A stretch of DNA of 64,000 nucleotides from Octopus sinensis (Eukaryota): assembly GCF_006345805.1 (NCBI RefSeq), contig NC_043003.1, forward strand, positions 99,634,001 to 99,698,000. Reading direction: 5' to 3'. The position numbers and the translations under genes are program-made. Below are positions 53,170-64,000 of the stretch, piece after piece. The notes under the pieces were generated by a model that saw only the letters and a list, made by a program, of their open reading frames with translations, made no database searches and was not told the origin of the DNA. How positions within the stretch are numbered: the first letter of the stretch is position 1; each line of letters begins with the position of its first letter.

Positions 53170-53940
53170 CAAATTTTGTTCACTGCTCTTATTAACTTTT
53201 CAACAAACTTCACTACTTCCACTTCTACCCAAGTCGAAGACTAATTCTTCAAGTAGTCTTCCACTTGGATGAAATAGTTTTTGAAAATGCAAAGAACTGG
53301 ATTGTGAGAGAAAGTTATTTCCACAGTCCTCCAGATTATTCCCCCATGGCCACAAGACGATATATAACTACCTGTTCTCCCTTCTCAAAGGGAGATAGTG
53401 GGGTGATCTTCATGATAGACTTGACTGCTAAGCAGGATCTATTCTATGAATGCCAACAGCTGCGAGATATATCTCCAGAAATCAGCAACGTTTGGACATA
53501 GAAGTGCCTGGAGGATATCTCATTGCTTTCCTGAAATAAGGCCAGCTGAGGTAACAGCTGAATATCTGTAGAGTTTATCTCGAACTAGCAATTTCGCTCA
53601 ATAGCACTTTGCCAGACTTGCAATCGAGTTCAAAACTCAATCCAAGATACGGAAAGACGTGTTTCTTTCCTGGGAGACAGATGAAGAAACTTCTCGGTCA
53701 TTACAACCAGAATGCATGAGCGCACATCATTAACCTCATCCTCCTATGTCCTCCACATGGGTTGGTCACTCCTTGTCTGCTGCGATAGTCATCTTACAAG
53801 ACCATATCTGGCAGACTATACAATTGTAGCAACTTATCTCTCGCAGAACTAAAGTGTACACCGTATCTCAGATGTCGTTATAGTCTAACAAGGTAAGCAC
53901 TACCCATCTCTTCTAGCACTAGGCAAACTTTGGCTGGAAA
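53170..53940 (-). pseudogene. Degenerate L1/Tx1-like LINE ORF2 C-terminal remnant
   Basis: Broken translation ...QALLCPNVADFWRYISQLL...SIMKITP.SPF....VIYRLVAM...IW... resembles the post-RT Cys-rich C-terminus of L1-clade ORF2. Confidence 0.45.
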
Positions 53941-55044
53941 GTCGCACACCTGACGTCCATCGTGAGGCGTCCATCGTGAGGCGTCAAATTGTTCTGTTTG
54001 GCTTTTTACAGTTTTCATTTCGTCCTGCCCTTGACCCTGCCCATTTTAGCTCGGACAATGCAATCTTTGTATTTTCGCGCCGAACAAACTTCTAAAAGAT
54101 ATGCTATAACCACCCACTCCTTCAATATACAATTTTCCCACGACACATTCTTTTTAAGCTTATTGGCTTATTTCTTTCTCTTTAAGAAGACATATCACTA
54201 TTTGTTGGCCACTGATTCCGTCAATTCCCATTTAACCGGGAAATGTTCCTTATTTTAGTTGCCCAAGCAAATCACATACTTTTGCTCTAGATAGTCAACT
54301 ACCTTGTAGTGTGAACATTTTATGCTATCTTTATCTCAATGCAGACCATACAATTGAAAAATTTCATGTTGAGGAACAATAAATGCACATCTCAAACTGA
54401 TCTGGATGACAGTTACAACATCTACATGAGGAGATGGGGTGGTAATTTTTAGATTGTTAATCAAATATTCATTATTTCCAACCGACTCTAGATCACGTGG
54501 AGTTACGTAACCTTTTAATATGGTCATGTACGCGTAGAAAAATGGATAGGGTTTCTTATGTAAGGAGAAAAGTATCCGAGTAATTATGTTCTTAAGGGTT
54601 CCCAAAACGTTTCTGGAATACTTCTTAATTGTTCTTTTGGAACGTTTCTTGTAAATCTCTGTAGACTTTAGGTACGATCCCCATCAGAACCCTAACATAG
54701 TAGTAGTGGGGATCACCCAAACTCTTTGTTTGTTTGTTTGTTTGTTTTGTTTTTTGTTTTTTGTTTTTTGTTTTTGTAGTTGCAACCATAATAGACTCAA
54801 ACATTGGTACGAAGCTAGAAACTCTGGTTGGGAGGTGACAATCAATAAAATCGATTCCAATATGGTACTTCATCTCATCGACTTGGAACGACAAAAGAGA
54901 AGTAACTAAGTACCGCACGGACTCTTAGTACAATAGTAGTAACGATACGGACACACACACAGGAATATAAGTTACGCGGGATCGATATAATCGGCAGTGA
55001 GTTCTCTCAAAATTAGTGTCCGTGAGTGAAAGTGAGAAAATTAT

Positions 55045-55432
55045 TATTAGGCAAGTTGGCAGAATCGTTATCGCGTCTGAGAGAATGCTTAGCAGCATTT
55101 CTTCTGGATCTTTACAGTCTGAGTTCAAATTCCGTCGAGGCCGACTTTGCCTTTCAATAAAAGGCAAAATAAGTACCAGTTGAGCACTGGGGGATCGATG
55201 TAATCGAGTAGCTTCCTTCCCCAAAATGTCTGGCCTTGTGCTCTTAGTAGAAAGGAATGTTATTGGTGTTGTTTTATTATTATTACTGTTGTTTTTATTG
55301 CTGTTGTTGTTGTTGCTGTTGTTGTATGAAGGCAATGAGATGCAGAAGCGTAAGCAACTTGTTTAGCAGCATTTCGTCCGTCTTTATGTTCCGAGTTCAA
55401 TATTCCGCCGAGGTCGACTTTGTTTTCCATAT
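55045..55432 (+). mobile_element. Two SINE S1-related copies (55045-55255, 55325-55432)
   Basis: GGCAGAATCGTTA...GAGTTCAAATTCCG..GAGG.CGACTTTG. Confidence 0.75.
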
Positions 55433-56808
55433 TTTCATGTTTTTCATTTTGAAACTATTGTTGTTGTTGCTATCGTCGTCATCGCCGCCATCACGGTTTT
55501 TCGGGAATGTCTTCTCACAGCTTGTCTCTTTAATAGAGCTGCATTTATCATTAAACGGTCATTAGTCTTACATCGTATAGTATACATTAACTTTGTAAGT
55601 TAGAATTATTGTTCGTCAGCTAAACATGCAAGTTTTGCACATCAACTAAAAGCTATGGTAAATATTTCTCGTGACATCCATTAGTTATTAATATTTGCAT
55701 TCTCTTGAATTCATTATGTGCAATCAAGATTTTGGCCAGTTAACACGCATATAATAAATATCTTACAAATCACTGATTCCAGTGTCGTTCCGACCCTTGT
55801 TTACAAATAGTGGCCACTAATATTATGTCGATAAATATATACTGATGTTGTTGTCGATTGTTGGTTTGTCTTTTTAAGATTATTAACTTTTATCACCGAT
55901 GTCCTATTCGCTATATATACGGATATGTTCACCGAACCCGAGCAATAACTGGAAAAATTTGCGGTAAATTTTTGTGCTACAATTACGACCATTGTAAGTG
56001 GGACACTATGATTGATAGAAGCTTTGATTTCCTTGTTTACAACTCGGTAACGGTATAGATTTGCTTTTAATCATTGCTCTATAAGTCGACTCCGACGTTT
56101 GGAGATCTCCTTTCAGAATTGAAAAGTTGACTAGAATGGTGTAATTTGCTTGCATATTCATGCAGTCGTGTATGTTTACCTAAGGAACATATTTTGGGCT
56201 TAAGTAATTTGTATTAATTAGGCAAAAATTAGCTAAAAGAACTCCAAGTGACCAGTGGCATGTAGTTTAGTAATTATGGCACTTTCTCAAGAGGCGGAGA
56301 TAATTTTGATAATTCAAGAATTTATGTCGTATACCGTTGAATATACTTGTATTTGCCTATGTTGCTCATATGCATGCTACTGGCCACTCTGAGTTATTTT
56401 TCTCAGTTCATTTTTGTTTAATTTATGCAAATTATCTCGGCCATAAATGTGTCCTACTCTTTTTTTATGTCTCTAAGTCCCTGGATCACAAAAAACAAAA
56501 TAAAACAATTGTGCTGATGACAGCTATCGAGCCGGAACCACGCGTCCATGACTGTCATCTTATCTCCAGACAATAAACCTGTCCCTTTCTTTACCGGTGA
56601 GTCAACTTTGGAAAATTCTTGATTCTTGAGATTATCTCTTTCTCTCATCTAGAGTAAGGTTTCAATCGTTATTTGGTAATTGTGACACATCCTCTAGAGG
56701 TAAAGACAATTTTAATTCATGCTGTATTTGATATACCAGTGTTTGTTTAACACACCGGTGAGTGTGTTAATTACAAATTACTAAGAGAGAATCACTCTCC
56801 CCAGACAT

Positions 56809-56854
<46 letters not shown>

Positions 56855-56895
56855 ATGTATATATATATATATATATAATATATATATTATATATT

Positions 56896-56929
<34 letters not shown>

Positions 56930-57145
56930 CTTTATTTAAAGCAGCAGAAAATTCAACAAAACCTGAGTTTCACGTTCCCGTTCGTCGGACGGTTTTTGCT
57001 AGATTCTAGAACGGGAACGTGAAACTCAGAGTAACAGGTTTTGTTGAATTTTCTCCTGCTTTAAATAAAGCATATTACTCTACCACTGGTATTTGAGTAC
57101 TCCTTTTTCCACCTTGTTTCACATTTATGTGTTTACTCCGGTATG
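56930..57145. mobile_element. Fold-back pLTR-like element (family HC) with split hammerhead
   Basis: Inverted arms 56930-56983 and 57009-57070; minus copy CCGACGA(56982-56988)-ACG-GGAA-CGT-GAAACTCAG with 8-nt deletion of the cleavage site; plus copy GAACGGGAACGTGAAACTCAGAGTA (GUA 57031-57033) without CYGAC; (TA)n both sides. Confidence 0.75.
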
Positions 57146-57161
57146 TATATATATATATATT

Positions 57162-57370
57162 GTACTTGTTTCAGTCATTTGACTGCGGCCATGCTGGAGC
57201 ACCGCCTTTAGAGTGGTGAAAGAGTACAGCAGGGATCACCACCACCTCCTGCCGGAGCCTCGTGGAGCTTTTAGGTGTTTTCGCTCAATAAACACACACA
57301 ACGCCCGGTCTGGGAATCGAAACCGCGATCCTCCGACCGCAAGTCCGCTGCCCTAACCACTGGGCCATTG
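57162..57370 (-). mobile_element. Chimeric SINE: S3 head fused to S2 terminal 50 nt
   Basis: Junction at 57211/57212. Confidence 0.75.
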
Positions 57371-57796
57371 TATATATATATACAAATTGAGATAGGGATT
57401 GTAAATGCAACCCACCATGGGATACCATATATCCAATATACTGCTAGTGAGGTACCCAACAAAGTTAATACATAAATGTTAAGAATTGTGATACAATTAA
57501 TTCATTTATTGTATTATATGGGCAAAGGTAAAATGTTTTACTACGACTCTCTATATCTGCATTTAGATATTAATATGTGTGTTTTTCTACATTGTAATTA
57601 TCACAACATTAAGTTGAAAAACTGTAACATTGAATGTGGAGCATACGTATGTTTATTAATTTTTATTATTTATATCATTATGTATATTTATATTTATATG
57701 TATATGAGTATGAGTATATGCACTCATATGTATATGTATGTGTTTTATTATGGGTATATACCCACACCTTTATAAGTATATATGTAATCTAATTTG

Positions 57797-57925
57797 TAAT
57801 CTCCGAAGAGGCCTTAGGATGTTTTTGTAAATGTCTCATTTATAACTACATATTGACCTACCATAAATGGCTAATATGAGTTAAATGAGACATGCGTATC
57901 TACATGGCCGAAACAGCTGTAAGAT
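57797..57925 (+). ncRNA. Type I hammerhead with 100-nt stem II and CCGAAGA core
   Basis: CCGAAGA 57803-57809; GGCC/GGCC; 12-bp helix 57831-57842 / 57882-57893; GAAA 57910-57913; ACAGCTGT; GUA 57919-57921; stem I ATCT/AGAT; AATAAA 58065-58070 then (TA)n. Confidence 0.72.
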
Positions 57926-58119
57926 ATAGTCTATATTTATATTTATGTTCTATTATACGTATTCTACTTATTGTATAACATTACTATTTTATGTACACTC
58001 CTTCATGTACACTGTTTTACCCTGCATTATTATGTTTAACCTTAAAGTTTCTTATGTAGTGGTTTAATAAAGTATGTGATTGAGTATTATCTGGTAATTG
58101 ATATTTGATTTCGATGTAT

Positions 58120-58121
<2 letters not shown>

Positions 58122-58201
<80 letters not shown>

Positions 58202-58262
58202 TATATATACATACATACATACATACATACATACATACATACATACATACATACATACATAC

Positions 58263-58357
<95 letters not shown>

Positions 58358-58358
58358 T
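58122..58358. repeat. (TA)n-(TACA)n-(AGAT)n compound microsatellite
   Basis: Directly visible. Confidence 0.95.
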
Positions 58359-58389
58359 TGCACGCACGATATATGTTTTTATAATAAAC

Positions 58390-60905
58390 ATCCTGTTCTC
58401 GTGTCGTGTTTGTTTGTTTAACCATGAACAAGGTATCTCAAGAATTGCTGTATGGTTTCGGATGAAACTTTCAGAGATGTTTGGCCTCATGACCGGCAAG
58501 AACTGATTAGATTTTGGGATCGATCCGGTACTGGATATAGATTCTGGACTATTTTCCCTGTTTGTTTTTTTTACTTAATTTTTGAGAGCAGTCGGGTTCA
58601 TTTTCAGTATCCTGGTTTGTGAGAGCAGTCAAGTTTATTTCAGTTATTCTCATTTTAAAAATCCTCACTAGCTAATCATTGAGAGGACGTTAGTGTTGTC
58701 GTTAGCGTTTTGTCGGTTCATTTGATTCCCTGTTGCATTTGATGCGCGTTCGCTCCATGTGAGTCTTTTTATTGTTAAATTGTTGAAGGTCTGCCGCATC
58801 TAATTGTTATATTACTGAATTATTGGATTTATTGTTACATGAATTTTTACTTTTCTTTCCCACTTATGGGTGAAGTTGTGGATAATATCATGGAAAGTAA
58901 ACCAGCACCAGCAGGCAGTTACGCTGCAGTGACTGGGAAAAGTCTAACCGCGGATGTCTTGAAAGTTAGGGAAGTTCAATTGAACGAAACGAATTTGAAG
59001 AAGTTCAATGAACTGTTGAGAAAGGAAGGAGACAACGTGAGGCTGACGCCGCCTAAGGAAGTTATAGAAAAAAACAGAAAGAAAGACAATAATATACAGA
59101 ATGCTGTCTATTGCAACAAAAAGAGTGGAAATAGCAGCAGTGGAGGCGATCGAGGAATGCTTGAGAGAAGTCAAAGATCTAACGACGTGGAGGTACGCTT
59201 CGTGAGTTAACAAGAAGCGATAAAACACTCCACTGTGTCTTTGAGATCGACTGAGTGGGTGCTACTACCAACTTACTGTGGCAAACGTGCAGCCGGAGTG
59301 AGGATTGGTAGGGTGCCTCAGAAATTGACGAGGCGTGCCTGGTGGCAGCCATCCTCTGTAATACAAAGAAGGACACCAAAATACTGAAAATCACAAGAAC
59401 TACGGAAGTAAACTGAAGGGGATACGGTCTTGAAGCGTCGGTTCACATCAGTTTACCAGACTTCCACAAAATTGCTGAGAAACTGGTGCTGCCGGATGAG
59501 ACGAGGCTGAGAGTTGTAGTGGAAGGAAGACCTCCCGTATGCTATCAATGTGGAGTACGGGGACACATGAAAGCTAAGTGTCCCCGGGAACACGATGAGG
59601 AGGAGATAGAGAAAGTACATCAAGAAGAAGGCTCAACCGTAGAGGAGCAAAGTATGGAAGAAAAGTATACAGTAGTGAAGAGGAAAAAGAGTAACACGGA
59701 CTCTCCACCAAAAAGTCCTAGGAAGAAAAAAAAGGGAAGTGGAGATAAGACGCAGAGTGTGAAAGAAGGGAAAGCGCACAAGCAGAGAAAAAATGAAAGG
59801 CCAACAAAAGTAACGAAGTCGAAGAGCGTAAACAGGAACCGTTAGCAACAACCAGCAAGGAGAAAGTACAGACGAAAAAGGAAGATGAAAGAGAAAGGAT
59901 AACAACAAGGAATGAGAGACATACAGAGATAGGAATACCAGCAACAGTAGAAGAGATTGGTGAAGAAAAACGGACAGTGATACCAAAAGGTAAACACTTA
60001 AGAAATATGATACAATACACAAAAAGTGTAAAGATAGAAAAAAAGCGAAAATGAAGAACGTAATCAGAGTGAAATTGTCACCCACCGAGAACGCTGTAGG
60101 TTTGAAAGCTGTTCTGCCTGAAAGAGAAAGAGGAAAACAGTTAAAGGAATTGTTTGGTGAAAAGTTAGAAGTGACACCGGTACAGTTTCGTTTTGGTGAA
60201 TTGCTGCCGGTAGTGGCATTCGAAGATATAACGAGGTATTTGGCATAAATGAGGGTAAGTGAGACAATTAAGAACGGAATAATTAATGACTTAGTGTAGT
60301 TTTTTTAAAGGGGGGAACTAACAGATACAAGAGATTGAACTGTTAGTAAAATGTCATATAAAAACAGTAAACTGAAACTGCCTGCTTATCGGGGGCAAGA
60401 AAGTCATTCCATCCTCGTTTTTCATTGTATCCGAGAATGTGAAGGCCATCGTGGTTGACAAGGACACCACCTACAACGGACTAAAAGACATGTGTGGAGA
60501 AGGGATTGACCCGCCAGGAGTGGTGGTGGAGTTCGATGAATTTCCACCTGTAGTGGAGCTAAAAGATTTAGAACCTTTCATGGGATATTAAAAAAGAAAA
60601 AAGTAAAATTGTTTTATTGAAGAAAGAAGGAAAAAGGTAAAATTGTTTCATTTAAAAAACAAAGAGGAAAAAACGAGATTGTAAATAGTTTATACAAACG
60701 TTCAAATGATACTGCATGGGAGTGGGGCCCATGCAGCCATTTTATTTTTCATTTTTATATAACATCCCATTTTCATTCGTTTTATGTTTTTGTCTCCACT
60801 GTGGTGTTGTGTCTGTCTTTGTAGTGTCCCGTCTGTGTTGTGGCCGTAGTGCCAAAATAAAGAAACATTGGCGGAGGTTTGCGCTCTCTGAGTGCTCTTG
60901 TTTAG
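58390..60905 (+). mobile_element. Helentron/HINE-like element split by an insertion (5' part 58390-58700, 3' end 60868-60905)
   Basis: 5' part has (TTTG)n and GGATGAAACTTTCAG core; 3' end TTGGCGGAGG sub-TIR, hairpin GCGCTC-TCT-GAGTGC, TTT; family assignment from recalled architecture. Confidence 0.55.
58701..60867 (+). mobile_element. ORF1-only (gag-like zinc knuckle) L1/Tx1-type derivative
   Basis: Broken ORF about 58866-60591: SYAAV start, WVLLPTYCGKR...RIGRVP, LRVVVEGRPPVCYQCGVRGHMKAKCP (CCHC 59540-59581), K/E-rich tract, C-terminal segment; AATAAA 60856-60861; no APE or RT. Confidence 0.65.
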
Positions 60906-61084
60906 AATTTTCTATTATTTAAATGCTTTAAACATAGGTTTCTCGAAAATTCACAAGTTCAACTCCCCTCGCCCAAGTTATTCCCTCCTCCCGTATAACT
61001 CTCTGTATACTAACCCCAAAAATTAACTCTAAACAATAACCCTAACCGCAAACCCTATTTTTCCTTGATCGAGTATAATATTCT

Positions 61085-61292
61085 TTTCTACTCTAGGCAC
61101 AAGGCCCGAAATTTTTACGGAAGGGGCCAGTCGATTAAATACCAGTTGTGTACTGGTACACAACTGGTATTTAATTTATCGACCCCGAAAGGATAAAAGG
61201 CAAAGTCGACATCGACGGAATTTGAACTCAGAACGTAAAGACGGACAAAATACCGGTATGCATTTCGCCCAACCCTCTAACGTTTCCACCAG
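61085..61292 (-). mobile_element. SINE family S1 (AATTTCGGGCCTTGTGCCTAGAGTAG tail type)
   Basis: Reverse complement of 63745-63900. Confidence 0.8.
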
Positions 61293-61650
61293 CTCTCCTC
61301 CTTATTTCAAGAATATATCGTTTAATAAAGATGCAGATGTGGTTACTTTGTTAAGAATATCAGTTCGTAACTACGAGCCTTCAGCTTCAGTTTTCCTCCA
61401 CACCATCATAAAAAGCGTTTAATTAACATATTATTTGATTAACATCATAGACAAGATTTATTGAGAAAAAGCATGCTTAATGCTTTTTCGTGCCCTGGAT
61501 CAAATTAAAGCAAAAATGTTTACTTTATCTAAAATAAGATGTTTGCATGTGAGAGTATGTGTGTGCTGATGATGATGGCATGTTGGATTGTTGGTATGGC
61601 TGTTTTTGTATATGTGGAATAGTATCCTTTTGATATATATATATATACAC

Positions 61651-61694
<44 letters not shown>

Positions 61695-61714
61695 ATATAT
61701 ATATATATATATAT

Positions 61715-62021
61715 TCTTTTAGTTTTTAGTCTTTTACTTGTTTCAGTCATTTGACTGCGGTTACGCCGCCTTAAAGGGTTTTGGTCGAAGAAATCGACAC
61801 CAGGACTTATTCTTTGTAAGCCTTGTATTAATTCTATCGTTCTGTTTTGCCGAACCGCTAAGTTACAGGAGCGTAAGCACACCAACATCGGTTGTCAAGT
61901 GATGATGGGGGACAAGCACAGACACAAAAGACACACACACATATACATGCATACATACAGATATATATATATAAATTATATATATATATATTAGATATAC
62001 ATACACACACACACACACATA

Positions 62022-62084
<63 letters not shown>

Positions 62085-62093
62085 ATATTATAT

Positions 62094-62125
<32 letters not shown>

Positions 62126-62292
62126 TACACGATGGCTTTTTTTCAGTTTCCGTCAACTAAATTTATTCACAAAGTTTCTGGTCGGCCCAAGGCTATAGTA
62201 GAAGATACTTGCCCAAGAAGCCACGCAGTGGGACTGAACCTAGAACCATGTGATTGGGAAGCAAGCTTCTTATCACACAGCCACGCCTGCGC
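61715..62292 (-). mobile_element. SINE family S2, full length with ~200-bp expanded internal microsatellite
   Basis: Tail 61715-61925, (TA/CA)n 61925-62128, head 62128-62292. Confidence 0.85.
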
Positions 62293-62319
62293 CTATATAT
62301 ATATAATTGGCTGTCCGTG

Positions 62320-62612
62320 AGTTACAGTGACGAGTGTTACAGTTGATCCAATTAACAGAAGAGCCTACACTGGAAATTAACGTGCAAGTGGTTGGATATT
62401 CCACAGGCACGCCTACCCTTAACGTAGTTCTTAGGGAGTTTCAGCGAAGCGCAGAGTGTGATAATACTGGCCCTTTGAAATACATGTTCAACTAATTTTG
62501 TCCAATAGACTGGAGGAATGGAAATAAAGTGTCTTATTCAAGGACACAATATGCCGCTAGGAATCGAACTCACAACCTTGAACTGAATACTCTAACCACT
62601 TAGCCACGAGCC
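62320..62612 (-). mobile_element. SINE family S4 with S3-type tail
   Basis: Head GGCTCGTGGCTAAGTGGTTAGAG...GAGTTCGATTCC, TTGTGTCCTTGAATAAGACAC; tail matches 12830-13000. Confidence 0.75.
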
Positions 62613-62674
62613 TTCATCCCTTTCTCTCTGACTCTTTGGAGAGAAAAATAGAATTGAATTAAATTTTGTAGAAC

Positions 62675-62749
<75 letters not shown>

Positions 62750-63158
62750 ATATCCTGTATGTCGGTCTATTCATCTATTTATCGGTCTGTCTATTTATTT
62801 ATCTTGCCCTTCTGTTGATCTATATGTTTATCGATTATCTATCCATCTGTCTGCTAATCTACATGTCTATCTCTCTCCCAAAACATGTACCAAGCCACAC
62901 ACACATACGCGCGCGCCAGAGCACACATTTCTCTCTGCCTATCTTGTTTGCTTGCTTCCTAACTTTGTGCCTTGCAGTCTATTTACTTATAGAAGAATCT
63001 TGTGCGCACACTCGTGTGTCTTTGTATAAGTTGAATCTTTCTACTGTGTCTGCTTTCAGCCAATAAGCCAATCAAATTATTTAGAAAGTATCTATCTATT
63101 AATCTATCTGTCTATCTACCCATCTGTCTGTCTATCTGTCTGTCTATCTCTCTATCTA

Positions 63159-63201
<43 letters not shown>

Positions 63202-63206
63202 GTCTA

Positions 63207-63238
<32 letters not shown>

Positions 63239-63514
63239 ATTTTTCATTCTTTCTTTCAATTTATCTGTCTACCTATTTATCTTTCTTCGTATCTTTGTTT
63301 ACATATCTTCCTATCTACTCAACTTTCTCTCTACTTATCTATTTATGCTTCTATGTATCTTCCAAGTTTTCTATCTATCTATCTATCTATCTATCAGTGT
63401 TTCTGTCTATCAGTCAACCTATCTGTCTATCTATCTATCAATGTTTCTATGTATTTATATATCTACCTATTTATTTATCTACCTATCTATCCTCACGTCA
63501 TTATCCTATGCTTA

Positions 63515-63900
63515 AAGCGGCGAGCTGGCAGAAACGTTAGCACGCCGGGCGAAATGTTTATCGGTATTTCGTCTGCCGCTACGTTCTGAGTTCAAATTCC
63601 GCCAAGGTCGACTTTGTCTTTCATCCTTTCTGGGTCGATTAAATAAGTACCAGTTACGCACTGGGGTCGATATAATCGACTTAATCTGTTTGTCCTCTCT
63701 GTGTTTAGCCCCTTGTGGATAGTAAAGAAATAGGTATTTCGTCTGTCTTTACGTTCTGAGTTCAAATTCTGCCGAGGTCGACTTTGCTTTTCATCCTTTC
63801 GGGGTCGATAAATTAAGTACCAGTTGCGTACTGGAGTCGATCTAATCGACTGACTCCCACCCCAAAAATTTCGGGCCTTATGCCTAGAGTAGAAAAGATT
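63515..63900 (+). mobile_element. SINE family S1 tandem dimer with two different tails
   Basis: Unit 1 63515-63735, headless unit 2 63736-63900. Confidence 0.85.
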
Positions 63901-64000
63901 ATCTATCCTATGCTTATTAAAACTCACTCAATTACCCCACACAAACACTCACACACAATCACCCAGTCGCACTCAAATGTGATACCTATAGACACTTTGT

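Noticed and set aside
54600-54700. Minus-strand CTGATGG...GAAACGTT hammerhead
   Set aside because: A9 is altered and there is no convincing stem I or stem II closure.
61030-61062. Telomere-like AACCCT motifs
   Set aside because: Only two or three degenerate units.

Overview
AT-rich, microsatellite-saturated eukaryotic genomic DNA with a 100-N assembly gap (44001-44100). The SINE families and repeat landscape look like a coleoid cephalopod (Octopus); this is inference from recalled repeat families, not a database hit. No host protein-coding gene, true tRNA/rRNA gene or CRISPR array can be supported. Almost all computed ORFs are microsatellite or minisatellite translations. Recognisable content is mobile DNA: four tRNA-derived SINE families, a hAT MITE with an 8-bp TSD, a non-autonomous Helitron, rosa/DD41D, Tc1 and mariner remnants, a Ty3/Gypsy element with one LTR, R4/Dong-type and other RLE LINE remnants, an L1/Tx1-like ORF2 remnant, an ORF1-only zinc-knuckle insertion splitting a Helentron/HINE-like element, and a Penelope-like (PLE) RT remnant. 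The main discovery is about 13 type I hammerhead-ribozyme (HHR) folds of the PLE pLTR kind. Many lie in fold-back inverted repeats anchored at (TA)n. They include a 493-bp near-perfect palindrome carrying two divergent complete HHRs, a locus split into enzyme-like and substrate-like halves on opposite strands, and a recurrent non-canonical CCGANGA (U4C) core in four different families. HHR folds were read by eye; none has been computationally folded or tested.
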